Shown: one piece after another, positions 1 through 9,215 of the stretch
Position numbering within the stretch: position 1 is the stretch's first letter
Layout: every line of letters begins with the position of its first letter
The notes under the pieces: model-generated
Told to the model about the DNA's origin: nothing
Databases searched by the model: none
The model's input: only the letters and a program-made list of their open reading frames with translations
Made by a program: the position numbers and the translations under genes
Source of the DNA: Candidatus Scatosoma sp.
Lineage (GTDB): Bacteria > Bacillota > Clostridia > Christensenellales > Borkfalkiaceae
NCBI GenBank assembly: GCA_045650185.1
Contig: JAZRQY010000012.1
Location: forward strand, 1,026 to 65,025
Direction of reading: 5' to 3'
DNA: 64,000 nucleotides

Positions 1-950
1 TTTCCGTTATCAACAGCAAAACGGTTATCCGTAGTTAACCAACCACATTCTTTAGGGCAAATCTTTCTTGCAAGAATTTCTTGCCAATCCCCCAAATGAA
101 ACAACCGTAAAATACGCATACCGTCAGACGATAAAGGAATAGCGTATACGTGCCGATAGAAACTGCTTTGCGTATAATCCTTATGCTTGTTGGCGCGTTT
201 GTTATAAACGTATCGCAAAGTATCGACAACATACATCTCGTTTTCCGTAAGCATAATACAAGCAGGCGACTTTTCTAAAAATCTACCGCCGTTGTTTCTG
301 TTTATAATGAATAAATTATCTTTCATTTTTGCTTCCGAGTTTTCCCAAAGCTTTGCCATATCGCCACCGATATTATACAAAGTTGTAAATTGTCCGTTGA
401 AAAAGAATGCCCCCGTTGCTCTTGTAAAAACCGTTTCCTTCATTTCGTAATCTTTATCGCCTTTAATAGCACGAGCCGTATAGAAGCAAGGTTGTTCCTC
501 AAACTCTACCGGAAGCGTTTCCGAACCTTCTGCTAAATCGGGGAGATGCGCTGGATTATACGCAAACTCTGCACCTCTACACATAGCAAGCGTTTCAGCA
601 ATCTTGAAATTTCTATCACGGTGCCTTTCTCCGCCAGAAAAATTATTTTGACCGAAAATTGTATCGTAATACTCATATAATTTCGTCCATTTCAACAAAG
701 TTTCAGCACCTTTTAAAAGGCGAATACCACGCCGTTTACCTTTACCTACAATGGCTAAAACTCTTGCCGTTACGGTTTCTTTGGTATAATCGTTGAGATA
801 GGTTTGTTCTTCCGTCATTCTCGCAACCGTTGCACGGTACATACGCCTATTCCCAAGCATACCTAATCTATATAAAGGAAATTCGCCTACGATTGCAACG
901 ACTTTAAGAATTTCAAATGCTTGACAATTAGCGTTCAGATGGATGGTCAT
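1..950 (-). CDS. hypothetical protein, C-terminus cut by window edge; N-terminal winged-helix-like segment (mobile-element-like)
   Basis: Hand translation of the minus strand from ATG at 950-948 (MTIHLNANCQAFEILKVVAIVGEFPLYRLGML...) stays open to position 1. It is absent from the ORF track because it has no in-window stop. Its start overlaps the stop of the 928..1590 ORF by 23 nt. AT-rich. Confidence 0.45.
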   Translation of the reverse strand, partial: MTIHLNANCQAFEILKVVAIVGEFPLYRLGMLGNRRMYRATVARMTEEQTYLNDYTKETVTARVLAIVGKGKRRGIRLLKGAETLLKWTKLYEYYDTIFGQNNFSGGERHRDRNFKIAETLAMCRGAEFAYNPAHLPDLAEGSETLPVEFEEQPCFYTARAIKGDKDYEMKETVFTRATGAFFFNGQFTTLYNIGGDMAKLWENSEAKMKDNLFIINRNNGGRFLEKSPACIMLTENEMYVVDTLRYVYNKRANKHKDYTQSSFYRHVYAIPLSSDGMRILRLFHLGDWQEILARKICPKECGWLTTDNRFAVDNG

Positions 951-1590
951 ACCAAATCCTCCTTTCCTTACGCCAAGCATCAAAATCGGTTTCAGGGATA
1001 ACGTAGATATTCGTGCGGTTTTGTTCTCCTGCTTTGCTTACGTACACGTGAGAGCATACGTAGGGGCTGTCATCACGAAGGATAAACAACGCAATCATAT
1101 CGGTCACGGTATTGATTTCTATGTTATCGTGATCCCGCCATTCTCTTTTCGGGATACGATGGTCATAGATATGCTCGTAGATAAGAATACATTTACCGAA
1201 TCTTTGTATATTCTTATCCTTGCAATATTCGGAAAGCGCGTCGTGCACGATTTCACGAATATATTGTGCGTTTCCTTTCTCTTTTCTGGGGAGCAAGGCA
1301 GGGATGGAGAGCACAAACCATCCTTCTTTTGTAAAATTGATTTCCACAGGCGCATTGCTTTGAATCGCCTGTTTTACGGCTTGTTCCGACTCTTTTCTGC
1401 CCTGACAGATTACTAAATCTCTCGAAAGGGGAACAAGCCTCTCCACCGTGCGCTCATAGTCTAATGATAAATCGTAAACGCTGTTTTCATCATTGTAAGC
1501 CACGGCTTGTTGAATATCGCTCATTATTTTATTGGCTTTATTCAAAGTTCTATTGTTTTTCTTTATAATATCTAAATAAGCTTGATTCAT
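928..1590 (-). CDS. hypothetical protein with RusA-like acidic motif (tentative)
   Basis: 220-aa ORF. The segment WRDHDNIEINTVTDMIALFILRDDSPYV resembles the RusA resolvase core (RDxDN...D..L...DD..V). It overlaps the downstream ORF, which suggests an operon. AT-rich. Confidence 0.5.
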   Translation of the reverse strand: MNQAYLDIIKKNNRTLNKANKIMSDIQQAVAYNDENSVYDLSLDYERTVERLVPLSRDLVICQGRKESEQAVKQAIQSNAPVEINFTKEGWFVLSIPALLPRKEKGNAQYIREIVHDALSEYCKDKNIQRFGKCILIYEHIYDHRIPKREWRDHDNIEINTVTDMIALFILRDDSPYVCSHVYVSKAGEQNRTNIYVIPETDFDAWRKERRIWYDHPSER

Positions 1591-2729
1591 ATTGATTGTC
1601 TCCTTGTTAAAAACTTTTTCAGCTCTTAACCCATTGCTGAGGTTGGGTAGGATTTTAACGGGTCATCCTAAAACCAAAATGTGATTTATTGCTAAACCCT
1701 AAAAGACATTTAACGAATAGCGTTTCTTGAATGAGTTATACAAAACGGATATTGTTTTTCCTACTGATACTGATTTTATAAATAAAAAACGACTCTTCGG
1801 GCAGTGAAAAGTCGTTGTTTTAGCCATTTATACGAATGGCTCTAATGATATATTTTTATGTCGGAGATTTTTCCAATGCTATAAGCTTGCAATTACATAA
1901 AGGACGAAAATCTAGACATTTTTCTTAAAATTTGATTTATTATAATCTGAAATGATTTTTAATCGATTGATTTCTGACAATTTTTTGAGAATGGACTTCT
2001 ATAAAACAAAAAAGCCAATTATCCCCTCGGGTAATTGACACATTTTAATCGCTTAAGGGCATACTATCCCTTAGCAATTCTTACAATGACACTTTGTAAC
2101 TCTGATAACGATTTCTTCCCTTTAGGAAAATCTGATACTCTATTCGCCTTGCGCAAATCTGATACTGTGATACTTCTGATAACTGTATTCTTCTCAATGG
2201 AAGAATGTGAAACTCTACTACAAGACTAACATCTTGTGGATATATAATAGCAAAAAGAAAACTTGTTGTCAATCGGAAATGATTGTATTTATAAAACTTT
2301 TTTTGAAAGAAAATATTTTTTATGACTGCCGGGGGAGTAGGTGCTTTTCTTATCATTTTTATCTCGGTTTTAGATTTACACCCTAACTCCGAAAATCTCC
2401 CTATACCCATAGTTATCTCTATCTAAAATACAGTATTCTTCTTTTGTTGCGAATACAAAAAAAGAGGAATTGATTATATATACCGAGAGAGAAAAATTAT
2501 ATCCCCGCCCTCACTTTGTTCGGGCGGGGATATGCTTATATAATTCGTTTCGCACAGATTATGTCTCTCTCGGGCGAACATCGCCAATTTTTAGTCAAGG
2601 TCAAACATCTAAAAAGTCCTTGATTTTCCTGCGTTTTTAGGAGTTTGTAATATACTCTTTTGCATATGTAAGAAAAATTTAGCGATTTTTTGCATTTTTT
2701 ACAGGTATTTTGATGCTAAAACTTACGAC

Positions 2730-4193
2730 TCAATTTGCTGTAATTCTTTTATATACAGTTAATGCATGTGTGTCCGTCATCCCAGAAATTTGGTCTGTAA
2801 CTAACAATAATTTGTTATATATTTTTTCTGCATCAGATATATCTTTTTGATTGGCAAGCTCGCAAATATACCTATAATTCTTTGATAAAGACGAATACAA
2901 TAAATTTTCAGCAGTGTCTTTACCGCAATCATTTTTGTTCCAATTAACTGTTGCTGGGACATACGTTTCTAAAAGTTTAGTTATAACAGCAAAGGCCCTT
3001 GTTTTATTTTCTATTAAGTGATGACAATAATATATATTTTCTCTCTCTATTTTTCTCAGAATTTCCGCAATAGTAGCAGCTTTTGAACAATTTAATAACT
3101 CGTACTTAAATTCGCCGTTCATAATTTCTTCATAATGCTCATTAAAAGAGATATAAATAGAATCAATCATTAATCCTTTTATTAATACTCTTGCCCGATG
3201 AATAACATAACCTTCATCATCTTCATAGTTCATATTTTTAGCTAAATTCTTATATTTTTGCATTTGTTCGAGCACTTTCTTAACAATCTCATCATTCGAC
3301 TTCTCTTTTAAATATTTTTCAATTTTATCCATCGGGAGTAAGCCTTTATGATGCGCATCTTCAATATCCGCAGTCAAATATGCTATATCGTCAGCCGCTT
3401 CCAATAGATATGCTAATGGATGCCTAATTCCATTCAATCCTAAAGTCGATTGAATGTCATCAAACAATTCTTTTTCCGCAGAAAAATATCCCATTTTCTT
3501 ATTAATGAGATTTTCTTTGTCTATCATCGTTGAACTTGTAGGATATTTAATAAATGACGCTAAAACAGGATATGTCAAATTCATTCCTGTTTCATCTACC
3601 ACAAGATTTAATTTAGAAACCAAACGCAACAGTTGCGCATTTCCTTCAAAGTGAATTAAATCTTCAGCATATGCACCCTTTAGCTTATACGCTAACGTGT
3701 CTTTTGCATCACTTCCATCTTTAAACACTAGACGGCCATCGGAATTCGTTGCTAATTTTCCCAAGTTATTAGCAAACCAATCTCCAATAATTTGTTCTCC
3801 TAAATGCCCAAATGGAGGATTTCCCATATCGTGTAAAAGAGCAACTGTTTTTAAAATATTTGGAATTTCATCAATATTTTCACACGGCTCTAAATTGTTT
3901 ATATCACTAGAAAAGTATTTTTTGTCACTTTGCTTTATGATTATTGCTGCCTGCATTCCAAGACTTTCAGCTATAGACATAACTTCAATCGAATGGGTTA
4001 GTCTAGTTCTAGCATAATCTTCTTGTTCTAATGGAAACACTTGTGCTTTATCTTGCAGCCTTCTTAATATAGTACTATTGCAAACAGTATCGAAATCTTT
4101 CTTGAAAGGAGTACGATTATCATTTTTCGTTTTTTCTACTGTTGTCTTTTCTCTAACCCTTTTAGGGTGTAATAACTTATCCCAATAAAGCAT
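2730..4193 (-). CDS. dGTPase-family HD-domain deoxynucleoside triphosphate triphosphohydrolase (Dgt-like)
   Basis: Start taken at Met36 of the track ORF (MLYWDKLLHPKRV...), preceded by GGAG. HD-domain motifs are present (RLTHSIEVMSIAESLG; LLHDMGNPPFGH). Typical Dgt N-terminus (FKKDFDTVCNSTILRRLQDKAQVFPL). Confidence 0.85.
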   Translation of the reverse strand: MLYWDKLLHPKRVREKTTVEKTKNDNRTPFKKDFDTVCNSTILRRLQDKAQVFPLEQEDYARTRLTHSIEVMSIAESLGMQAAIIIKQSDKKYFSSDINNLEPCENIDEIPNILKTVALLHDMGNPPFGHLGEQIIGDWFANNLGKLATNSDGRLVFKDGSDAKDTLAYKLKGAYAEDLIHFEGNAQLLRLVSKLNLVVDETGMNLTYPVLASFIKYPTSSTMIDKENLINKKMGYFSAEKELFDDIQSTLGLNGIRHPLAYLLEAADDIAYLTADIEDAHHKGLLPMDKIEKYLKEKSNDEIVKKVLEQMQKYKNLAKNMNYEDDEGYVIHRARVLIKGLMIDSIYISFNEHYEEIMNGEFKYELLNCSKAATIAEILRKIERENIYYCHHLIENKTRAFAVITKLLETYVPATVNWNKNDCGKDTAENLLYSSLSKNYRYICELANQKDISDAEKIYNKLLLVTDQISGMTDTHALTVYKRITAN

Positions 4194-4312
4194 GTTTATC
4201 TCCTGTAAAATAGAATTTATTAACATAATTATACAGTAATGAGTTTTTGTTGTCAATTTGATATATACTACAAAACAAATATTATTTTTTAAATGCACAC
4301 AATTTAAAAATA

Positions 4313-4353
4313 AATCCGAACCATTCGCTTGTTACAAGAATTTGGTTCGGATT
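4313..4353 (-). terminator. intrinsic terminator downstream of ssrA
   Basis: 11-bp inverted repeat aatccgaacca / tggttcggatt, followed on the minus strand by a T-rich run. Confidence 0.7.
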
Positions 4354-4362
4354 ATACTGACT

Positions 4363-4728
4363 TGGTGGAGGTGGTGAGAATTGAACTCACGTCTTACTCG
4401 GCTGCCAAAAAACTTTCTACATACTTAGTCTGTCTACTTTTCTTGTTCCCGCAACGCGGACAAACACGCTTTGCGGTACGCAGGTGGCTGAATACTCTTT
4501 TAAAAACACCACCCGATTCTTAAAAGAGTTTTCCGTCTAATTGACGCCGCGACCCTAACCGACGGATAAATTAGGCGCGACGTTTCGTTAATAAACGAGG
4601 TTACGCTGCAAGAGCGTAGTTTGCATTATAATCTGCATTTAAATTTAGGTGGAATGTTTTATCGTAGTCACTCCGTCTACGGTATGCTTATTCTTTCGCT
4701 CACCGGCAATCGAACCCGGTGCACCCCC
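4363..4728 (-). ncRNA. ssrA: tmRNA (transfer-messenger RNA)
   Basis: Minus-strand read: 5' GGGGGTGCACCGGGTTCGATTGCCGG ... and 3' GACGTGAGTTCAATTCTCACCACCTCCACCA (T-arm plus acceptor plus CCA). The 5' GGGGGTG pairs with the 3' CACCTCC. The internal tag reading frame is ...GCAGATTATAATGCAAACTACGCTCTTGCAGCGTAA, giving (A)DYNANYALAA-stop. Confidence 0.92.
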
Positions 4729-4801
4729 ATTTGGTGTGTATCCTATTGCGGCAACGGCTTTTTGCCCTACCACTATTATTATACACACTTCTTTGCTATT
4801 T

Positions 4802-5593
4802 TTAAACCTTTTTTGCTTTCTTTTTGAATTTTATCATCACCGTGGGATGTTCTTCCCCCGACAGTAAGCACCGCACGTTTTTGAAATGCGCCAGCCACGA
4901 AATCGCCACAGCCAGTAGTGTGAACACCGCGCACAGCGTTATCCAGATACTCCCCACGCCGTAAACCGCATACAGCGTCCCTATCTGCCATACACCAAAC
5001 CCGGCAAGATAACATAGATTGCACAGCGACCCCAATTTCGTCAAGGTAATCATGAACGGCAAAGTAGCAATCACCGCAATCCCTATCAACCAAAACCAAG
5101 GATTCGCAAGCCCAAGCATCAGCCAAAATAACCCGATACCGGACGAAATTCCCTTGCCGCCCTTAAACCGATTGAAAACGGGGTAAATATGCCCCAACAC
5201 GGCGCACACCCCGCAAAGGAGCGCCGCAAACAACCCAACGGGAATCTGCGTCTGTGAAAACACAACGCCCTCCACCGTCAGACTGCCCGTACCGTCTACC
5301 AACGCATAGCTGCCTTGATTGTAAAGGTGATAGACGATGACCGCAGGAATTCCTGCCTTGAATGCGTCAATAAAAAAGGTCAACGCGCCAAGACAGAACC
5401 CAAACTCTCGTATCATATTCGTTGCCCCGGGGTTGCCGCTGCCAATCTTGGTGATATCCCGCTTTTTTAAGCGTGAAATGAACCTTGCGGCACTAAAACA
5501 GCCTACCAGGTATCCAATCACTGCAATTAACACGAATTGCACCCAGTTGGGAATTACCCAAAACCAAGGCTCGGAAAGTACAAAATCTTTCAT
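4802..5593 (-). CDS. plsY: glycerol-3-phosphate acyltransferase PlsY
   Basis: 263-aa polytopic membrane protein with the GSGNPGATN motif, immediately downstream of der as in many Firmicutes. Confidence 0.9.
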   Translation of the reverse strand: MKDFVLSEPWFWVIPNWVQFVLIAVIGYLVGCFSAARFISRLKKRDITKIGSGNPGATNMIREFGFCLGALTFFIDAFKAGIPAVIVYHLYNQGSYALVDGTGSLTVEGVVFSQTQIPVGLFAALLCGVCAVLGHIYPVFNRFKGGKGISSGIGLFWLMLGLANPWFWLIGIAVIATLPFMITLTKLGSLCNLCYLAGFGVWQIGTLYAVYGVGSIWITLCAVFTLLAVAISWLAHFKNVRCLLSGEEHPTVMIKFKKKAKKV

Positions 5594-5595
5594 AC

Positions 5596-6912
5596 TTACT
5601 CCTCGTCGTCCTTCTTTTCGCGAACGACGATTTTAATGGGCGTACCCGTAAAATCGTAGGCCTTTCGTATCGTGTTTTCAAGGTATCGAGCGTACGAGAA
5701 ATGCAACAGCCCTTCGTCGTTGACGTGCAGAACGAACAACGGCGGACGAACCGCAACCTGTTGCGAGAAGTACACTCGCATACGTCTGCCTTGATAGGAA
5801 GGTGGTTCTTGCATACGCACAGCGTCCGAAATCAAATCGTTCAGCGCGCCCGTAGAAACACGGAAGGATGCGTTGGCGTACACTTCTTCTGCAGCCGCCA
5901 AAATCTTTTCCACTCTCTGACCTGTCTTTGCGGAAATATAGATGGACTTATAGTAATCCATGAACTTCAAATCCTCTTTCAGTTGCGCCTCGAAGCGGTT
6001 GACGGTGTGGGTGTCCTTTTCAATCAAGTCCCACTTATTCATTACGATAACGGACGGCTTACCCTGTTCGTGTACGTAGCCGATAATCTTCACGTCCTGC
6101 TCGGTCAAGCCCTCGGCAGAGTCCACCACCAAAAGGCATACGTCACTACGGCGCACAGCGTCGAACGCACGCATATTGCTGTAATACTCCACGTCGTCCT
6201 CGACGTTCTTTTTCTTGCGAATCCCTGCCGTGTCGATAATCGTATACGCCTTATCCCCACGCATAAACAGGGTGTCAATCGCATCACGCGTCGTACCTGC
6301 CATCGGGGTGACGATACTTCTCTCGCTGCCCAGCAATTTGTTGACAAGGCTGGATTTCCCTGCGTTCGGCTTCCCGACGACGGCAATCTTCAAGGAGGGA
6401 ATCTTCTCCTCTTCCCCATCGGGGAAGTAAGTCATCGCCTCGTCAAGTACGTCACCAATCCCCGTGGAATGTTCGGCAGATACCGCAAACGGCTCGCCAA
6501 GCCCCAAGGAATAGAACTCATACACCTTTTCGGGCGCGTAGTTGTCAATCTTGTTTACCACCAAAATGACCGGCTTTTTACAGCGACGCAGAATGTCCGC
6601 TACGTCGTAGTCAGAGGGGTGCAAGCCGTCCTTCCCGTCCGTAAAGAACAGGATAACGTCAGCGGTGTCAATCGCCACCTCTGCCTGCTTTGCAATTTCC
6701 TTCCACATAACGTCTTCAGACTTGAGCTCAATACCACCCGTATCCACCATGGTAAAGGTCTTATTACGCCAAGTAGCGTCCGTATACAGTCTATCACGGG
6801 TAACCCCGGGTCTATCCTCGGTAATCGAAATTTTTCTGCCTGCTACCTTGTTAAAGAACGTGCTTTTCCCCACGTTGGGACGCCCTACGAGGGCAACCAA
6901 AGGATTTGCCAT
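5596..6912 (-). CDS. der: ribosome biogenesis GTPase Der (EngA)
   Basis: Two tandem GTPase domains (GRPNVGKST and GKPNAGKSS P-loops; DTGG/DTAG) plus a KH-like C-terminus. Confidence 0.95.
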   Translation of the reverse strand: MANPLVALVGRPNVGKSTFFNKVAGRKISITEDRPGVTRDRLYTDATWRNKTFTMVDTGGIELKSEDVMWKEIAKQAEVAIDTADVILFFTDGKDGLHPSDYDVADILRRCKKPVILVVNKIDNYAPEKVYEFYSLGLGEPFAVSAEHSTGIGDVLDEAMTYFPDGEEEKIPSLKIAVVGKPNAGKSSLVNKLLGSERSIVTPMAGTTRDAIDTLFMRGDKAYTIIDTAGIRKKKNVEDDVEYYSNMRAFDAVRRSDVCLLVVDSAEGLTEQDVKIIGYVHEQGKPSVIVMNKWDLIEKDTHTVNRFEAQLKEDLKFMDYYKSIYISAKTGQRVEKILAAAEEVYANASFRVSTGALNDLISDAVRMQEPPSYQGRRMRVYFSQQVAVRPPLFVLHVNDEGLLHFSYARYLENTIRKAYDFTGTPIKIVVREKKDDEE

Positions 6913-6941
6913 ATCTATCTTATCCTCCTTGTAAATCGTAC

Positions 6942-8279
6942 TTATTTTTCTGCTTTTTCTGCGCGCAGAAGGTTTACCAACCCCACACCACCGTCGCGGT
7001 TGACACGCACCTTAGCGCCGTAGGGCGCAAGCGCCGACTCCAGCTCCGTCAAAGTCATACCGCAGAGGAACACGTCCTCAAATTCTTTCATCGTATTGCC
7101 TGCAATCAGCACCTCGTCCGCTTCGTTTTTCGACAGATACCTCTCAAGCGCCACCTGCATATCCTTCCCCGTCAGCAAGCCCGTGCAAGTGACCGTATGC
7201 CCGAAGAAGTCGTTTTCAACCGCCAGCACGTCCACCGTCAAGCCACCTACGGCATTTTCCACCGACTTTGCAACCTCGCGCATCACCTGCGCCGCGCTGA
7301 CACCACAGACGATAACGCTGTGTTTAGGTGTTTTCAACGCAACCCTGCCCCCTCTCTTTTTGGAAATTTTCGCGATTGCGCTATCCGTTTCCGAAAGGAA
7401 GAGCGAGGTCATACCGATTCCGTTTTCAATCTGTTCAAAGTCGCCGTAGAATTCCACAGGCTTAAATTCCCGCCCTGCCTTGACGAAGTATTCGTCGGCA
7501 GGCAAGAGGAAGTTTACCTTAAATTCTGCGTTCAATCTATCCGCTAAATCGAGGATATTCGCAGAATATTCTCCGTCCACGTCGGGGATTTGTGTCAGTC
7601 CTTCACGGAATTTTGTCAACCCCGTAGGCACGAACGCCAAGTCGCGTACCTGCGGATAATAGGCAAACAGTTCCCTTGCGGTGTTCGCAAGCTCCTCTCC
7701 GTCGTTGATACCGGGGACGATGACTGCCTGACAATGCATTTCAATCCCAGCCGCCGCCAGACGATGAATCTGGTCGCGAATCCTACCTGCAAAGCGATTT
7801 CTAAGCAGCTTGCAACGGGACTCCTCGTTCATCGTATGCACGGAGATATATAAGGGGGAAAGGTGCAGACGAATAATGCGTTGCAAGCCTTCCTCAGAAA
7901 GGTTGGTCAGGGTTACGAAGTTGCCGCAAGTAAAGCTCATATTATAGTCGTCATCCTTGACGTACAAGCTCTCTCGCATCCCCTTCGGCATCTGATCGAC
8001 AAAGCAGAACACGCAGTTATTTCGGCAGGTTTTGAGGGTGGTGTTTTTGGCAAATTCCAGCCCCATATCCTCGTCCTCATCCTTTTCGACCTCGCAGGCT
8101 ACCTCTTCGCCCGTGCGCCCGTCGCGTACGGTGATAGTAAAGCTCTCCTTGTCTGCGTAGTAAAGGTAATCAAGCTCGTCCTCGCAGGGGTAGCCGTCAA
8201 AAGCGACGATTTCATCCCCTACCTCGAGGCCCAAATCCTTGGCTACGCTATTCCGTTTTACTTTCGTAATTTTTAACAT
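6942..8279 (-). CDS. DUF512 (PDZ + radical-SAM-like) protein
   Basis: N-terminal PDZ-like segment, a CRNNCVFC (CX3CX2C) motif, and the conserved position upstream of der. Confidence 0.8.
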   Translation of the reverse strand: MLKITKVKRNSVAKDLGLEVGDEIVAFDGYPCEDELDYLYYADKESFTITVRDGRTGEEVACEVEKDEDEDMGLEFAKNTTLKTCRNNCVFCFVDQMPKGMRESLYVKDDDYNMSFTCGNFVTLTNLSEEGLQRIIRLHLSPLYISVHTMNEESRCKLLRNRFAGRIRDQIHRLAAAGIEMHCQAVIVPGINDGEELANTARELFAYYPQVRDLAFVPTGLTKFREGLTQIPDVDGEYSANILDLADRLNAEFKVNFLLPADEYFVKAGREFKPVEFYGDFEQIENGIGMTSLFLSETDSAIAKISKKRGGRVALKTPKHSVIVCGVSAAQVMREVAKSVENAVGGLTVDVLAVENDFFGHTVTCTGLLTGKDMQVALERYLSKNEADEVLIAGNTMKEFEDVFLCGMTLTELESALAPYGAKVRVNRDGGVGLVNLLRAEKAEK

Positions 8280-8281
8280 TC

Positions 8282-9214
8282 TTAAGCCCCGTATTGCTTA
8301 GTCAATTTGTCTAAAATCGTTTGAAATTCCTGTGGAAGGGGCGCGTTAAAGGTCATTCTCTCCCCCGTTTTCGGGTGGGTGAGCGACAGCTCTATCGCAT
8401 GCAACAGCTGCCCCGATAATTTGTATTTCTGTTTCTTAAATCCGTACACGGGATCGCCCACGCAGGGGTGTCCCATATGCTTTGCATGCACACGGATTTG
8501 ATGAGTTCTGCCCGTCTGCAAAATGAACTTGCAGAGGGTAAACTCCGTCCCAAACCGAGTCAAAACCTCATAATCGGTGATGGCAATTTTCCCCTCACCG
8601 TCGGGCAATACCGCCATTTTCAGTCTGTCCTGCGGATGTCTGCCAATGTCGGTGACAATCCTGCCTTTTTCCTCTTTTACACACCCTTCTAACAGAGCGT
8701 AGTATACACGATGCGCGCTCTTTTCCGCAATCTGCGTGGCAAGCGATACGTGCGCCTTGTCGTTCTTCGCCACCACCAGTAAACCCGTGGTATCCTTGTC
8801 AATGCGGTGGACAATCCCGGGGCGCAAAACGCCTCCGATACCGCTGAGGCTGTCCAGCGCATACAACAGCGCGTTGACAAGCGTTCCCTCTGCGTTGCCG
8901 TTGCCGACGTGCACGGTCATCCCACGCGCCTTATTGACGACGGCAATATCCTCGTCCTGGTAGACGATGTCTATGGGGATATTTTCCGCCTTTACGGTGT
9001 ATTCCACCGCCTCGGGCACGGTGAGAACCACCTCACTGCCTGCGCGTACGCTCTCCCCTGCCTTTTTGACGATTTTCCCTTGGACGGATACCTGCCCGTC
9101 CTCAATGAGTTTTTTGATGCGCGAGCGAGTAAATTCCTCCGTCTGTCCGTCCAAAAAGACGTCCAATCGTTTGTAATCGCATTCCGCGACGAAAAGCCTC
9201 GTGTCCGTCGCCAT
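8282..9214 (-). CDS. rluD: RluA-family 23S rRNA pseudouridine synthase (RluD-like)
   Basis: Start taken at MATDTRLF (Met40 of the track ORF), which abuts the lspA stop. S4 domain plus HRIDKDTTGLLVVAKN catalytic motif. Confidence 0.85.
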   Translation of the reverse strand: MATDTRLFVAECDYKRLDVFLDGQTEEFTRSRIKKLIEDGQVSVQGKIVKKAGESVRAGSEVVLTVPEAVEYTVKAENIPIDIVYQDEDIAVVNKARGMTVHVGNGNAEGTLVNALLYALDSLSGIGGVLRPGIVHRIDKDTTGLLVVAKNDKAHVSLATQIAEKSAHRVYYALLEGCVKEEKGRIVTDIGRHPQDRLKMAVLPDGEGKIAITDYEVLTRFGTEFTLCKFILQTGRTHQIRVHAKHMGHPCVGDPVYGFKKQKYKLSGQLLHAIELSLTHPKTGERMTFNAPLPQEFQTILDKLTKQYGA

Positions 9215-9215
9215 T

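Noticed and set aside
2035-2410. ORFs 2035-2229 (+) and 2081-2410 (-) in the gene-free stretch, and 44912-45223 (-) and 45292-45570 (-) on the island, as real genes.
   Set aside because: They have no RBS, and their low-complexity translations are driven by AT-rich sequence. They overlap repeats, terminators or better ORFs on the other strand.
4194-4312. ssrA 3'-end direct repeat marking an island att site inside the window.
   Set aside because: No second copy of the tmRNA 3' end (TGGTGGAGGTGGTGAGAATTGAACTCAC) is present between positions 1 and 4362. If the segment is an ssrA-targeted island, its distal repeat lies outside the window.
5701-7023. Long ORFs antisense to clear housekeeping genes. 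Examples: 5701-7023 (+) opposite der, 19801-20766 (-) opposite tkt, 23497-24882 (-) opposite the membrane protein, 29819-30805 (+) opposite prfB, 32242-33198 (+) opposite secA, 56958-57674 and 58141-58851 (+) opposite nfnBA.
   Set aside because: They are shadow ORFs typical of GC-rich codon-biased genes. Their translations are Arg/His/Val-rich and low-complexity with no motifs, while the opposite strand encodes unmistakable conserved proteins.
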